From a virus (Duplodnaviria; Heunggongvirae; Uroviricota; Caudoviricetes): DNA of 23,108 nt. Positions within the stretch are counted from its first letter, which is position 1; every line of letters begins with the position of its first letter. The position numbers were made by a program, and so were the translations under genes. The stretch lies in the IMG/VR virus record IMGVR_UViG_2944808559_000001, positions 1 through 23,108 of that record. One strand, given 5' to 3'. Below the pieces are notes generated by a model. The model searched no databases. It was not told the origin of the DNA and saw nothing but the letters and a program-made list of their open reading frames with translations. Shown here piece by piece: positions 7,030 through 15,201 of this stretch.

Positions 7030-7303
7030 GGAGTCACCTCTCGTGGGGGTTGGAGGTTGAGCCATTGGGCCACGGTCAGCGACAGCGCGGCCTCGGGCAC
7101 GTGGATCGGGAGGACGGCGGGCACGAGCAGCACGCCGTCCTGGCACGGGAACACCGTGCCGACGACGGGGTCAGACAAGGCAGCTCGTCAGCCCCGCGCG
7201 AGCTGGATGAGCGCGATCACCGCGCCGGCCACGGCGACCAGGACCGCGTGTAGGTGGCGGTAGCGAGCTTCGCGCCTCGCTGCCGCCTCGTGCTCAGGTT
7301 CAT
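7026..7303 (-). pseudogene. Small membrane-protein gene apparently broken by a frame switch and a TGA (or two very small genes)
   Basis: ATG 7303 (ATGA overlap) reads MNLSTRRQRGAKLATATYT. The hydrophobic AVLVAVAGAVIALIQLARG continues in the -1 frame to TGA 7188. The same frame reopens (TTG 7178, 50 codons) and its stop overlaps the endolysin start. Confidence 0.45.
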
Positions 7304-7650
7304 GGTTTCCCTTCTGCTGGCTGCTGCTCGGTGCCGGTACGGTGCTGCTCCAGGTGGGCGGCCAGGCCGTCCTCCACACGGCGTACACCGTCCTCGACGC
7401 GGGTGATCGCGTCCCGCAGGCTGGTGCCGTGGTTGGGGCGAAGCTCGGCCTCGATCGCGGCGACCCGCTCGGGGAACCCCGGCCGGTACGGCACGCCTGG
7501 CCGGGCCTCCTCGCCCAGCCAGTCGTCCAAGAAGTGGCTGAGGCGACGCAGCCTGCGCACCAGCAGCGACAGCGCCTTCCACACCAGCGCAACCCCGCCG
7601 CCGACGATCGTCACGACCACGAAGACGTCGACCCAGTAGATGCCGGTCAC
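7300..7650 (-). CDS. Phage membrane protein with one TM segment and a coiled coil (lysis-associated, 116 aa)
   Basis: GTGA overlap with the upstream gene. N-terminal TM segment, then FLDDWLGE..RPG..ERVAAIEAELRPNHGTSLRDAI, typical of actinophage lysis-cassette membrane proteins. Confidence 0.8.
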   Translation of the reverse strand: MTGIYWVDVFVVVTIVGGGVALVWKALSLLVRRLRRLSHFLDDWLGEEARPGVPYRPGFPERVAAIEAELRPNHGTSLRDAITRVEDGVRRVEDGLAAHLEQHRTGTEQQPAEGKP

Positions 7651-8327
7651 ACTGCCTCCTCGACGGGCGAGACGGCGGCGGCGCTCAGGAACGTCAGCGG
7701 CGGCTTCATCGAAAAATGCGGCTCCACGATGCGCGCGAGGTTCTCGCGCCCCCACTCGATCTGCATCCGCTTCGCCGCCACCCGCACAGGGTCGATGCGA
7801 GCAGCCCGGATGGGGTCTAACGGATCAGCCGGCGCGACACGGGCCGAGCCGACGAACTCGAGCGCGCCCTGCCGGTCGGGGAGCGGCGCGGGCTCCACCA
7901 CGAAGCGGTGCGCCTTGACCAGGCGGATGCGCTCCAGGTGGGCGGCCAGCCGGTCAGCGTCCGACACCCCAGGTGTCCAGCACGTTGGCAGGCCCCGGCA
8001 CGCCTCCAGGATCTTGGCCTCCCCTCGATCGGCGCTGGTCGGCGGGAGATCAGGGTTCGGGATGCCGAGCTCGTGCAGGACGACGTCGCACAAGGTGTCG
8101 AGGTCGTCGGGGTCGATGCCGTACGCGGCCGACCGCCACTCGAAAATCCCGTGCGGCATCACCATCACGCCGGAGCCACCTGCAGGATTCGTCATCCACA
8201 CGCCCCACATCGGCTCCGCGCCCGGCGTGCTGGCGTCGATCTCGACGAACCCACCGTCCGGACGCCTGGCGATCGCCGCGGCCGAGTAGCCGAGCTCGGC
8301 GTCCCACACCTGCATGACCTGCGGCAC
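7647..8327 (-). CDS. Tail-tip partner protein 2 (hypothetical, possible assembly chaperone; 226 aa)
   Basis: TAAGGAG-N7-GTG at 8327. Shares FExR..xG....D......L.E and ADPL..(I/L)R...RIDPVRVA motifs with 11288-11755. Confidence 0.7.
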   Translation of the reverse strand: MPQVMQVWDAELGYSAAAIARRPDGGFVEIDASTPGAEPMWGVWMTNPAGGSGVMVMPHGIFEWRSAAYGIDPDDLDTLCDVVLHELGIPNPDLPPTSADRGEAKILEACRGLPTCWTPGVSDADRLAAHLERIRLVKAHRFVVEPAPLPDRQGALEFVGSARVAPADPLDPIRAARIDPVRVAAKRMQIEWGRENLARIVEPHFSMKPPLTFLSAAAVSPVEEAV

Positions 8328-8338
8328 GTACGTTCTCC

Positions 8339-11107
8339 TTAGTGGCGGTGGGCCCAGAAGTAGATGGCGAAACTCGTCGCGTTGGCCAGGTTGACCTGGA
8401 AACCTTCCGTGGTGGACGCCGTCAGCGCCCACGCCTTGGGCGTGTAGGTGTTGCCGAAGGCGTCCGGGCCCCCGCTGCCGCCGTCGCGCAGGGTCACGAC
8501 GGGGCCCATGTTGGTGGCCATCGGCGTCAAGTTGCCGGGCGGCCCGTACCGGTAGCTGGCCCAATGCGGCGTCGAACCGCCGCCGATGCTGAAGCTGCCG
8601 GCGGCGAAGGCGTCGTACGGCGAGGTCTCGTTGGCGTCCCAGACGCGGCCGCGGATAAAGAACCGGCCGCTCGAGTTCAGGAAGATGTAGGTTTCGGAGT
8701 TCGATGAGCCGGTCGAGTAGCCGAACTGGGCGTAGTCGTCAGCGATGTCCAGGCCGCCACCCCGCTGGCTGCCGTTGCTGTTCTGCATGCCGAGCCGGAT
8801 CAGGGTGGAGTCCACCTGGAGCTCGGCGCGCTGCGAGCTGCTGGTGTTCGTGGTGATGTAGATGGCGGCCTCGCCGCCGGAGTCCTGCGAGTAGATGCGC
8901 GAGTAGTTGCTGCCGCCTGCGGGGTAGAACCGCAGGTCAAGCGTGCTGGAGTCCAGCACGAAGCGACGACCGGTCGGCGAGCTGCGCACGATGCTGCCGG
9001 TGATCGTCTTACCGTTGATCGCGTCCGCCGCGATCGTCTGTGCCGTGACGGAGCCTGCGGCCAGCTTGTCGGCCGTGATCGCCGCGGCGGCCAGGTGGCC
9101 GGTCTGGATGGCCCCGGCCTCGATCTTGTCGGCGGTGATGGAGTTGGCGTTCAGGTGGCCGGCGTTGATGGCGAGCGCCTGGATTAGGGTGCCGGTGATC
9201 GTGTTCGCGGTGATCTTGGCGTTGGCCGGGATGCTGCCGTCGATCACGTGCTCGGCCCCGTCGATCACCTGCCCGATCAGGTCGGTGTCGACCAGCGGCA
9301 CCACGGCCGCGACGACCCGAGCCGACTCCCCACTGACGTTGCCCGACCTGTCGAGCGCGACCAGCCAGAACTCCCTGTCGCTGTTGTACGGCAGGCCGGG
9401 CACCACGGCGGTCCCAGCCCGCTCCAGCCACTCCACCTGCGTGCCGTCGTCCTCGGCATCGAGCGGGTCGCGCATCATGACGAGCGCTCGGTGGAAGTCG
9501 GTCGGCATGCCGGTGCCCGAGCTGGTCAGGCCGTCCCAGGTGACGCGCACGATCCCGAGCCGGGAGTCGACGACCGGCGTGGACGGGCTCGGCGGCGGCC
9601 CCTCATCGTCCGGGATCGTCAGGACCGGCGACGTCGCGAGCAGTCCCTTGGTGCCCTGGTTGGTGGCCCGCACCCCGAACCGCCACTGCGTCTTCGGCTC
9701 CAGCGGACTGTAGGAGATGCTGGTGCCGTCGGTGTGGCCGAGCACCCGTTCCGCGCCCGTGCCCGGCGGCGTCTGCCCGATCAGCTCGTACCCGTCGACG
9801 GACAGGGCGACGCCGTTCTCGTCCGTCGAGACGGGCAGCCATGACACGGTGATCAGGCCGTGGGCGTAGCCCTCCGCGTCGAGGTACGCCTGCGGGTCCA
9901 CGATCAGGCCGGTCGGCGCGGCCGGTACCCGGTCCTTGCTGTCGGGAGCCGGTTCGCCGCCGTTACCGCCCTCGGTCACCCCGCCCGACAGGATGCCGTT
10001 GGCCCGGCGCGAGATCCTGATGTCGCGTTCGAGGAACCGGTCGTTCAACACCAGGTTGCCGCCGATCACGCCTTCGGCGTCCACCGTCAGCGTGATCTGC
10101 CGGATCCGCAGCCCCTGCATGACCGCCTGGTCACCAGGGGCGCGCACGGTGTCGCCCACCCGGTAGTCCCGCAGCGGCAGGAATCGGGCCGCGTAGGGCG
10201 TGATCTGCCGGGTGAGCTGCACCCGCTCCCCCGACGCCCGGTCGAGCGCGTACCGCGCGAGCATCCGCGCGGTGCCCTCGTCCTTCACCCCGCCCTGCGA
10301 TTGGTACGTCTCCCACCGCCCCCATGGCCGCACCGCCACTGGGTTGGTCACCTCGACGGACAGGCCGTCCTCGCCGGTGATGAGGATGGCCGAGGCCGCG
10401 TCCTCGAACGTCGCCTCGTCCGGAGCCTGTTCGATGTCCCGGCCGAGACGCAGCTCGACGGGCGCGGGCCCGGACCCGAACTGGCGGCCGAGGGTGGTGT
10501 TCTCGTTGAAGATTTGCAGCGTGCGGCCTTGTATCTGCCAGTCGCAGACGCCCTGCTCAGCGAGGTTGATCAGCACAGCGAGCAGGTCCGTGCCGGGGTC
10601 GAGGCCGAGTGTCAGCGTCGCCGCCCACGGCTGGCCCGCGGAGTCCTCGAACGCGTCGAAGTCGTAGTCGAGGCCGGGCAGCGTACCGCGGCTGCGCGCC
10701 TCGTCGATCATCTGCGACACGATGTCGCCGACAGTGGTGGCCGGGAACTGGCGCTTGCCGTCGATCATGCCGATCGACGGGTACAGCACGAGCTTGCGGA
10801 GCTGCCAGGCGTAGCCCGGCAGATCGTAGGAGCGGGTCAGCGCGTGGTCGGCGTTGTCGCCGGACCGCTTGATCCGCAGATACCGGCCGTTGGCGGGCTC
10901 CACCCAGGTGCCGCCGGCCGACCACTCCACCGCGACCTCGCACGGGGAGGCCAGCCAGGTCGCGCCGGCCGCGTGCCCGGAGTACGTCAGTCGGAGGCTC
11001 GGCGTGTCATTCAGCGGCATCGCCGCCTCGAATCCGAGGTGCTGCCCGAGCACGCCGAGACGCGCCCCGTTCGGGGCGTAGGCCACGAGCCGCAGGCCGT
11101 ACCGCAT
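8339..11107 (-). CDS. Tail-tip protein 2 (Tal/hub-like N-domain, FN3-like domains, fibre repeats, divergent C-terminus)
   Basis: Paralogue of 11755-14502. Contains PAAPTGL and PPPSPSTP FN3-like starts and ITADKIEAG/ITADKLAAG repeats. The start is 11107 (matches the paralogue N-terminus) or 11134. Confidence 0.88.
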   Translation of the reverse strand: MRYGLRLVAYAPNGARLGVLGQHLGFEAAMPLNDTPSLRLTYSGHAAGATWLASPCEVAVEWSAGGTWVEPANGRYLRIKRSGDNADHALTRSYDLPGYAWQLRKLVLYPSIGMIDGKRQFPATTVGDIVSQMIDEARSRGTLPGLDYDFDAFEDSAGQPWAATLTLGLDPGTDLLAVLINLAEQGVCDWQIQGRTLQIFNENTTLGRQFGSGPAPVELRLGRDIEQAPDEATFEDAASAILITGEDGLSVEVTNPVAVRPWGRWETYQSQGGVKDEGTARMLARYALDRASGERVQLTRQITPYAARFLPLRDYRVGDTVRAPGDQAVMQGLRIRQITLTVDAEGVIGGNLVLNDRFLERDIRISRRANGILSGGVTEGGNGGEPAPDSKDRVPAAPTGLIVDPQAYLDAEGYAHGLITVSWLPVSTDENGVALSVDGYELIGQTPPGTGAERVLGHTDGTSISYSPLEPKTQWRFGVRATNQGTKGLLATSPVLTIPDDEGPPPSPSTPVVDSRLGIVRVTWDGLTSSGTGMPTDFHRALVMMRDPLDAEDDGTQVEWLERAGTAVVPGLPYNSDREFWLVALDRSGNVSGESARVVAAVVPLVDTDLIGQVIDGAEHVIDGSIPANAKITANTITGTLIQALAINAGHLNANSITADKIEAGAIQTGHLAAAAITADKLAAGSVTAQTIAADAINGKTITGSIVRSSPTGRRFVLDSSTLDLRFYPAGGSNYSRIYSQDSGGEAAIYITTNTSSSQRAELQVDSTLIRLGMQNSNGSQRGGGLDIADDYAQFGYSTGSSNSETYIFLNSSGRFFIRGRVWDANETSPYDAFAAGSFSIGGGSTPHWASYRYGPPGNLTPMATNMGPVVTLRDGGSGGPDAFGNTYTPKAWALTASTTEGFQVNLANATSFAIYFWAHRH

Positions 11108-11111
11108 CGGC

Positions 11112-11291
11112 TCACCCGGAACGATCACCTGCATGCGCTGTCCCCTCTCGCTGCTTGAGCTGGGCCTGGAGCTGGTCGACCGCGACGGCCAGGACCGCGT
11201 TCTCGTACGTCAGCTCATCGATGCGTCTGCGCAGGAACGCCACCACGGCGTTCGGGTCCACGTGCAGGTCTTCATGCGAGTCGTCGGTCAT
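11112..11291 (-). CDS. Small coiled-coil phage protein (59 aa)
   Basis: ATGA overlap with the upstream gene; MTDDSHEDLHVDPNAVVAFLRRRIDELTYENAVLAVAVDQLQAQLKQ; GC-rich third codon positions. Confidence 0.7.
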   Translation of the reverse strand: MTDDSHEDLHVDPNAVVAFLRRRIDELTYENAVLAVAVDQLQAQLKQREGTAHAGDRSG

Positions 11292-11755
11292 GCGCTCCCC
11301 AGCAGATGCCGGTCGATCGCCAGCCGGATGGTGGCCACCCGCACCGGGTCGATACGCACGCGATCGCGCAGCGCCTGCAGCGGATCGGCCGCAGCTTGCG
11401 CCGACCGGCCGGAAGCGGCGGCGGGCGCATCGGTGAGGACCTGGCCGTACTGCTCCCGGCAGGCCGCGATCTGCCCCTGCAGCCGGGCCCGCGCCGAGGC
11501 CGCGTCCCCCTCCAGCCGGACCTGCGCATCCGGGTCGCCGTCGGCGTGCATCCACGACAGCAGCGGCTCGTACAGCAGCGCCTCGATCACCTCGTCGAGG
11601 GACGTCAGCCCGTGCTCGGCCATGCGGTGCTCGAAGGCTTCCTTCGGGAAGCTGGCGGCGACCGTGCCCCCGTCGCCGTCGACCGGCTCGTACAGGAACG
11701 TCCACGCGTCCGGTCCTTCTTCGACGTGGGTGATCCGCCAGGTACGCACGCCCAT
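11288..11755 (-). CDS. Tail-tip partner protein 1 (hypothetical, possible assembly chaperone; 155 aa)
   Basis: TGATG overlap with the tail-tip 1 stop (MGVRTWRITH...); paralogous to 7647-8327. Confidence 0.75.
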   Translation of the reverse strand: MGVRTWRITHVEEGPDAWTFLYEPVDGDGGTVAASFPKEAFEHRMAEHGLTSLDEVIEALLYEPLLSWMHADGDPDAQVRLEGDAASARARLQGQIAACREQYGQVLTDAPAAASGRSAQAAADPLQALRDRVRIDPVRVATIRLAIDRHLLGSA

Positions 11756-14502
11756 CACGCTCCATGTTGTCGCCAGGCCCACACGTACAGCAGCGTCGTG
11801 AAGTTGGTGGGCGTCGAGGTCTCGTGTGATCGCAGGGTGAACCCGGTCGTGCTGGGCGAGGTGACATGAAGCACCAGGCGAGCCGGGATCGGGTTGTCGG
11901 CGGTGATCAGCACGCGCGGCGCGGACTGGAGCGTCACGATGAACGAGACGAAGTGCGATGCCGCCGCCGTGGTGAGGTTGCGGGAGAACATGACCAGGCC
12001 CGCAGCGGACTCGTAGTTGAAGGTGCCCCGGAACGCCGTGTAGCCCGTGGCGCTTCCGGCGCCGCCGTTGTTGAACAGCCACCGGTTCAGGCGGCCCGCG
12101 GTGTCGTTGTAGCCGACCTCGAGCTGGTTCGGCTGCGCGAACATGTAGCCGCCGCCGGCGAGCCCATCCGCGGTCTGCACCATGTGCATGCGCCACTCGT
12201 CGCCGCGTTGGATCACCTCCGAGCGGCGCGTGCCGTCCGTGCTCGTGCCGGAGTACAGCCGGATCGCGGCCTCGGCGTCGGTCCAGATGCGCGCGTAGTT
12301 CGTGCCGGTCCCCGGCATGAACCTGATCTCCGGATCAGCCGCGCCCGCAGGGTTGACGATGATCCGGCGGCCGGTCACGCCCGTCGCGAGCTGCCCGACG
12401 ATGCTGACCGCGCCGGACGTCGACGAGATGGACACGGTCTGCACAGAGGAGGCGTTGTACGCCTCCAGACCGCTGGCGTTCAGCTCCACCCGGGCCCCGG
12501 CCGGAGTGCCAGCCACGATCCGGGTTGAGAGCGTCAGGACGGCTTCCAGCTTCGCCGCGGTGACCTGCTCGGCGGCGATGTGCCCGGCGAGGATCTGTCC
12601 GGCGGCGATCTTCGCTGACGTGATCGCGTTGGCCACGATCGCGCCCGTGGTGATCGACTCGTCGGCGGCGTCGCCCTGGACGAGCTGCACCGCGGCGATC
12701 GTCGCCGTCGCGCTCCGCGCCGAGGCATTCCCCGAGCGGTCGACGGCGGTGAACGAGAACTCCCTGTCGGCGCCGTACGGCAGGCCGGGCACGACGAGCG
12801 ACCCGGCCGCGTCGAGATACCCGATCTCGGTCCAGCCCGGCGCGAGCGGGTCCTGCATCCAGACCAGGACATGCAGCAGGTCGGACGGCATCGGTACCGC
12901 CCCGACGCCCAGCCCATCCCACGTCACGTGCACGACACCGAGCCGGGACTCCAGCGCCGGGGCGGTCGGCACCGGCGGCGCGTCCGTGTCGTCCGGGATG
13001 GTGACGGCCACGGACGACGAGAACGGCCCGCGCTGGCCGAGGTTCACCGCCCGGACCTTGAACTGGTACTGCTGCCCGACCACCAGCGGACTGAAGGTGG
13101 CGTTGGTGTCGGCGGCCTCCGTCGCCGTGATCAGGAACCACGGCGCGCCTTCCTCGTTGATGCGTGCGAACAGCTCGTAGCCGCCGATGACGAGCGCCAC
13201 GCCGGCCACGTCGGTGGTGACCGCGCCCCACGTGGCGGTCACCTGCCCGCGCGGCAGGCCGTGCTCGTCGAGGTAGGCGAGCGGGTTCACGATCAGACCG
13301 GCGGGTGAGGCCGGGGTGCGCGGAGCCGGTGACTCCGGCGCCGGTCTTGCTCCGGATCCGCCCTCGGCGGTGGAGCCGCCGACGATGCCGGCCGTACGGC
13401 GGGACAGCCGCAGGTCCCGCTCCAGCAGCCGATCGTTCAACACGACGTTGCCGCCGAGGACGCCGTTCTTGTCGCGGGTCACGGTGAGCTGCCGGACCCG
13501 CATGCTCTCCATCGCGCCGCCCGCAGAAGGGGCGAGGACGCGATCCCCTGGCCGGTAGTCGCGCCAGGGAAGCCAGCGCGCGGTGTACGGGGTGATCTGG
13601 CGGGTCCGCTGGATGCGCTCGCGCCCGGAGCGCAGCAGCACCGCTTCGGCGAGCAGCTGCGCGGTCCCCGGGTCGGAGACGCCGCCCTGCCCGATGTAGG
13701 TCTCCCACCGCCCCCACGGCGCGGATGCGCTGCCGTTCGTGTACGACGCGCGGAACCCGTCTTCGCCGATCACGAGGGCCGCGCTGGCGAGGTCCTCGAA
13801 CGTGCCCACGTCCGGGGCGGCGACGACGTCGCGGCCGAACCGCAGATCCACCGGCGCGTCCCCCGCCGCCAGGTCCCGCGCGAGCTCGGTGTCGGCGTTG
13901 AACACCTGCAGCGTCCGCCCCTGCATGCGGAAGTCGCAGACGCCCTGCTCGGCGAGGTTGATGAGCGTGGTGAGCGCGTCGAGGCCGGGACGGTAGTAGA
14001 TCGTCAAGATCTTCGCCCACGGCTCGCTAGCTGAATCGTGTGTCGGAGTGAAGTCCCAGTCGAGCGCGGGCAGCGCGCCGCGCGCCTGCCCCTCCTGCAG
14101 GAACGTCTGCAGGATCGCCCCCGGCATCGCGGACAGGAACGCCCGCTTGCCGTCGACCAGCGGAGCAGCGCCCGGGTAGAGGATCACCTTGCGCAGCATC
14201 CACACGTACCCGGGCAGCTCGTACATGGCCAGCCCGGTCTCGTCCACCTGGTCGGCCCGACGCCGGATCAGCAAGAACCGGCCGTCGCTCGGCTCCGTCC
14301 ACGCCTGTCCGTCTTCCGACCATTCGACGGCGACCTCGACCGGCCCGTCGAGGAGCTCCGCGTTCAGGGCCCGCGTACTGTAGGACAGCTTCAGCGCGGG
14401 CACGTCATTTAGCGGGCATGCGACGTCGACCATCAGTGGTTGAGGGACAACGCCAAGACGGACTCCGAACGGGGCATAGACCACTAAGCGTAGTTCAGTC
14501 AC
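11755..14502 (-). CDS. Tail-tip protein 1 (Tal/hub-like N-domain, FN3-like domains, fibre repeats, divergent C-terminus; 915 aa)
   Basis: Lies downstream of Dit. Shares LINLAEQGVCD, PWGRWETY, TRQITPY and LNDR.LERD with its paralogue. Contains ITSAKIAAG/VTAAKLEA repeats. Confidence 0.9.
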   Translation of the reverse strand: MTELRLVVYAPFGVRLGVVPQPLMVDVACPLNDVPALKLSYSTRALNAELLDGPVEVAVEWSEDGQAWTEPSDGRFLLIRRRADQVDETGLAMYELPGYVWMLRKVILYPGAAPLVDGKRAFLSAMPGAILQTFLQEGQARGALPALDWDFTPTHDSASEPWAKILTIYYRPGLDALTTLINLAEQGVCDFRMQGRTLQVFNADTELARDLAAGDAPVDLRFGRDVVAAPDVGTFEDLASAALVIGEDGFRASYTNGSASAPWGRWETYIGQGGVSDPGTAQLLAEAVLLRSGRERIQRTRQITPYTARWLPWRDYRPGDRVLAPSAGGAMESMRVRQLTVTRDKNGVLGGNVVLNDRLLERDLRLSRRTAGIVGGSTAEGGSGARPAPESPAPRTPASPAGLIVNPLAYLDEHGLPRGQVTATWGAVTTDVAGVALVIGGYELFARINEEGAPWFLITATEAADTNATFSPLVVGQQYQFKVRAVNLGQRGPFSSSVAVTIPDDTDAPPVPTAPALESRLGVVHVTWDGLGVGAVPMPSDLLHVLVWMQDPLAPGWTEIGYLDAAGSLVVPGLPYGADREFSFTAVDRSGNASARSATATIAAVQLVQGDAADESITTGAIVANAITSAKIAAGQILAGHIAAEQVTAAKLEAVLTLSTRIVAGTPAGARVELNASGLEAYNASSVQTVSISSTSGAVSIVGQLATGVTGRRIIVNPAGAADPEIRFMPGTGTNYARIWTDAEAAIRLYSGTSTDGTRRSEVIQRGDEWRMHMVQTADGLAGGGYMFAQPNQLEVGYNDTAGRLNRWLFNNGGAGSATGYTAFRGTFNYESAAGLVMFSRNLTTAAASHFVSFIVTLQSAPRVLITADNPIPARLVLHVTSPSTTGFTLRSHETSTPTNFTTLLYVWAWRQHGA

Positions 14503-14686
14503 ATCAAGCCCTGTTTTGTTGATTGGCCACTTTTGTCACAAAGGACTCGCTCGGGCGTCGCTACTGCGCACAGAACGTATCGCCGAAACCCCTCGCAAAG
14601 AAGTCTGATGCTGGCTATCTTGGCCGTCGTGCAGATCGACCAGAGGATGGCCTTGGCGGCACAAGAGATCAAGGTGACGAAGAGGT

Positions 14687-15091
14687 ATGAGCGTGCGAAT
14701 AAGGGAAAGCAATCGGGACTTGCCCAGTCCACTGCTGATTGCCGTATCGGAGCTCATGATTCTCCGCGCCCTAGAGCTTGCAGGGAAGCGAATACCACCA
14801 CGTCGAGGCAACCGCTCGCTGCGAGCGATCTACCAAGACGTCCCCCCATGGGAAATTCACACCATCTTTCCAGCACGGGCTGATGAGTTGGATAAGCTCC
14901 TAGCTAACGCCTGGACGCTTCCGCTTAATATCGGAGTTCCCGCATCGCTAGTGGAGACATTAGACGTGCACGCCAGGACGCTCTTGGTCGCGGGACTCGC
15001 ATTCGCCCGAGGCGACCTGTGCCTGACACTCTCGCAAATGTCTTTTGATGAAGCCGAACTGCCATGGCTCTTGCCTCGACCACTGGCCTAG
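14687..15091 (+). CDS. Hypothetical protein (134 aa) in an opposite-strand insert
   Basis: ATG preceded by purine-rich AAGGTGA..GAAGAGGT; protein-like helical sequence ELMILRALELAGKRI; AT-richer codons including TTA at 14960. Confidence 0.6.
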   Translation: MSVRIRESNRDLPSPLLIAVSELMILRALELAGKRIPPRRGNRSLRAIYQDVPPWEIHTIFPARADELDKLLANAWTLPLNIGVPASLVETLDVHARTLLVAGLAFARGDLCLTLSQMSFDEAELPWLLPRPLA

Positions 15092-15201
15092 TTGGCTGAT
15101 CAGAAGCTTCCCGCCCCATGACGCTACGGCTCTCCTCAACAAAAGTTAAGGCTCTCGCGAATGCCGCATAGGGCCTAAACGGCAGGACATAAGAGGGAAC
15201 T

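Noticed and set aside
7304-7312. GGGAAAC slippery-type heptamer at the end of the 116-aa membrane gene
   Set aside because: It is phased GGG-AAA-C in the coding frame, not X-XXY-YYZ, so canonical -1 slippage does not apply.
8342-14412. Long overlapping ORFs such as 9860-11158 (+), 12335-14020 (-) and 12302-13180 (+)
   Set aside because: Antisense or off-frame shadows of the tail-tip genes with no recognisable motifs.
8339-14502. Diversity-generating retroelement or invertible shufflon as the source of the two tip variants
   Set aside because: No reverse transcriptase or invertase in the window, no near-identical template/variable repeat pair with adenine-specific differences, both genes are co-oriented and full length, and I saw no flanking inverted crossover sites.
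14499-14883. ORFs 14499-14732 (-), 14533-14883 (+) and 14536-14811 (-) at the edge of the insert
   Set aside because: Mutually overlapping, without convincing RBS or motifs; not supportable as genes, although one short real gene cannot be excluded.
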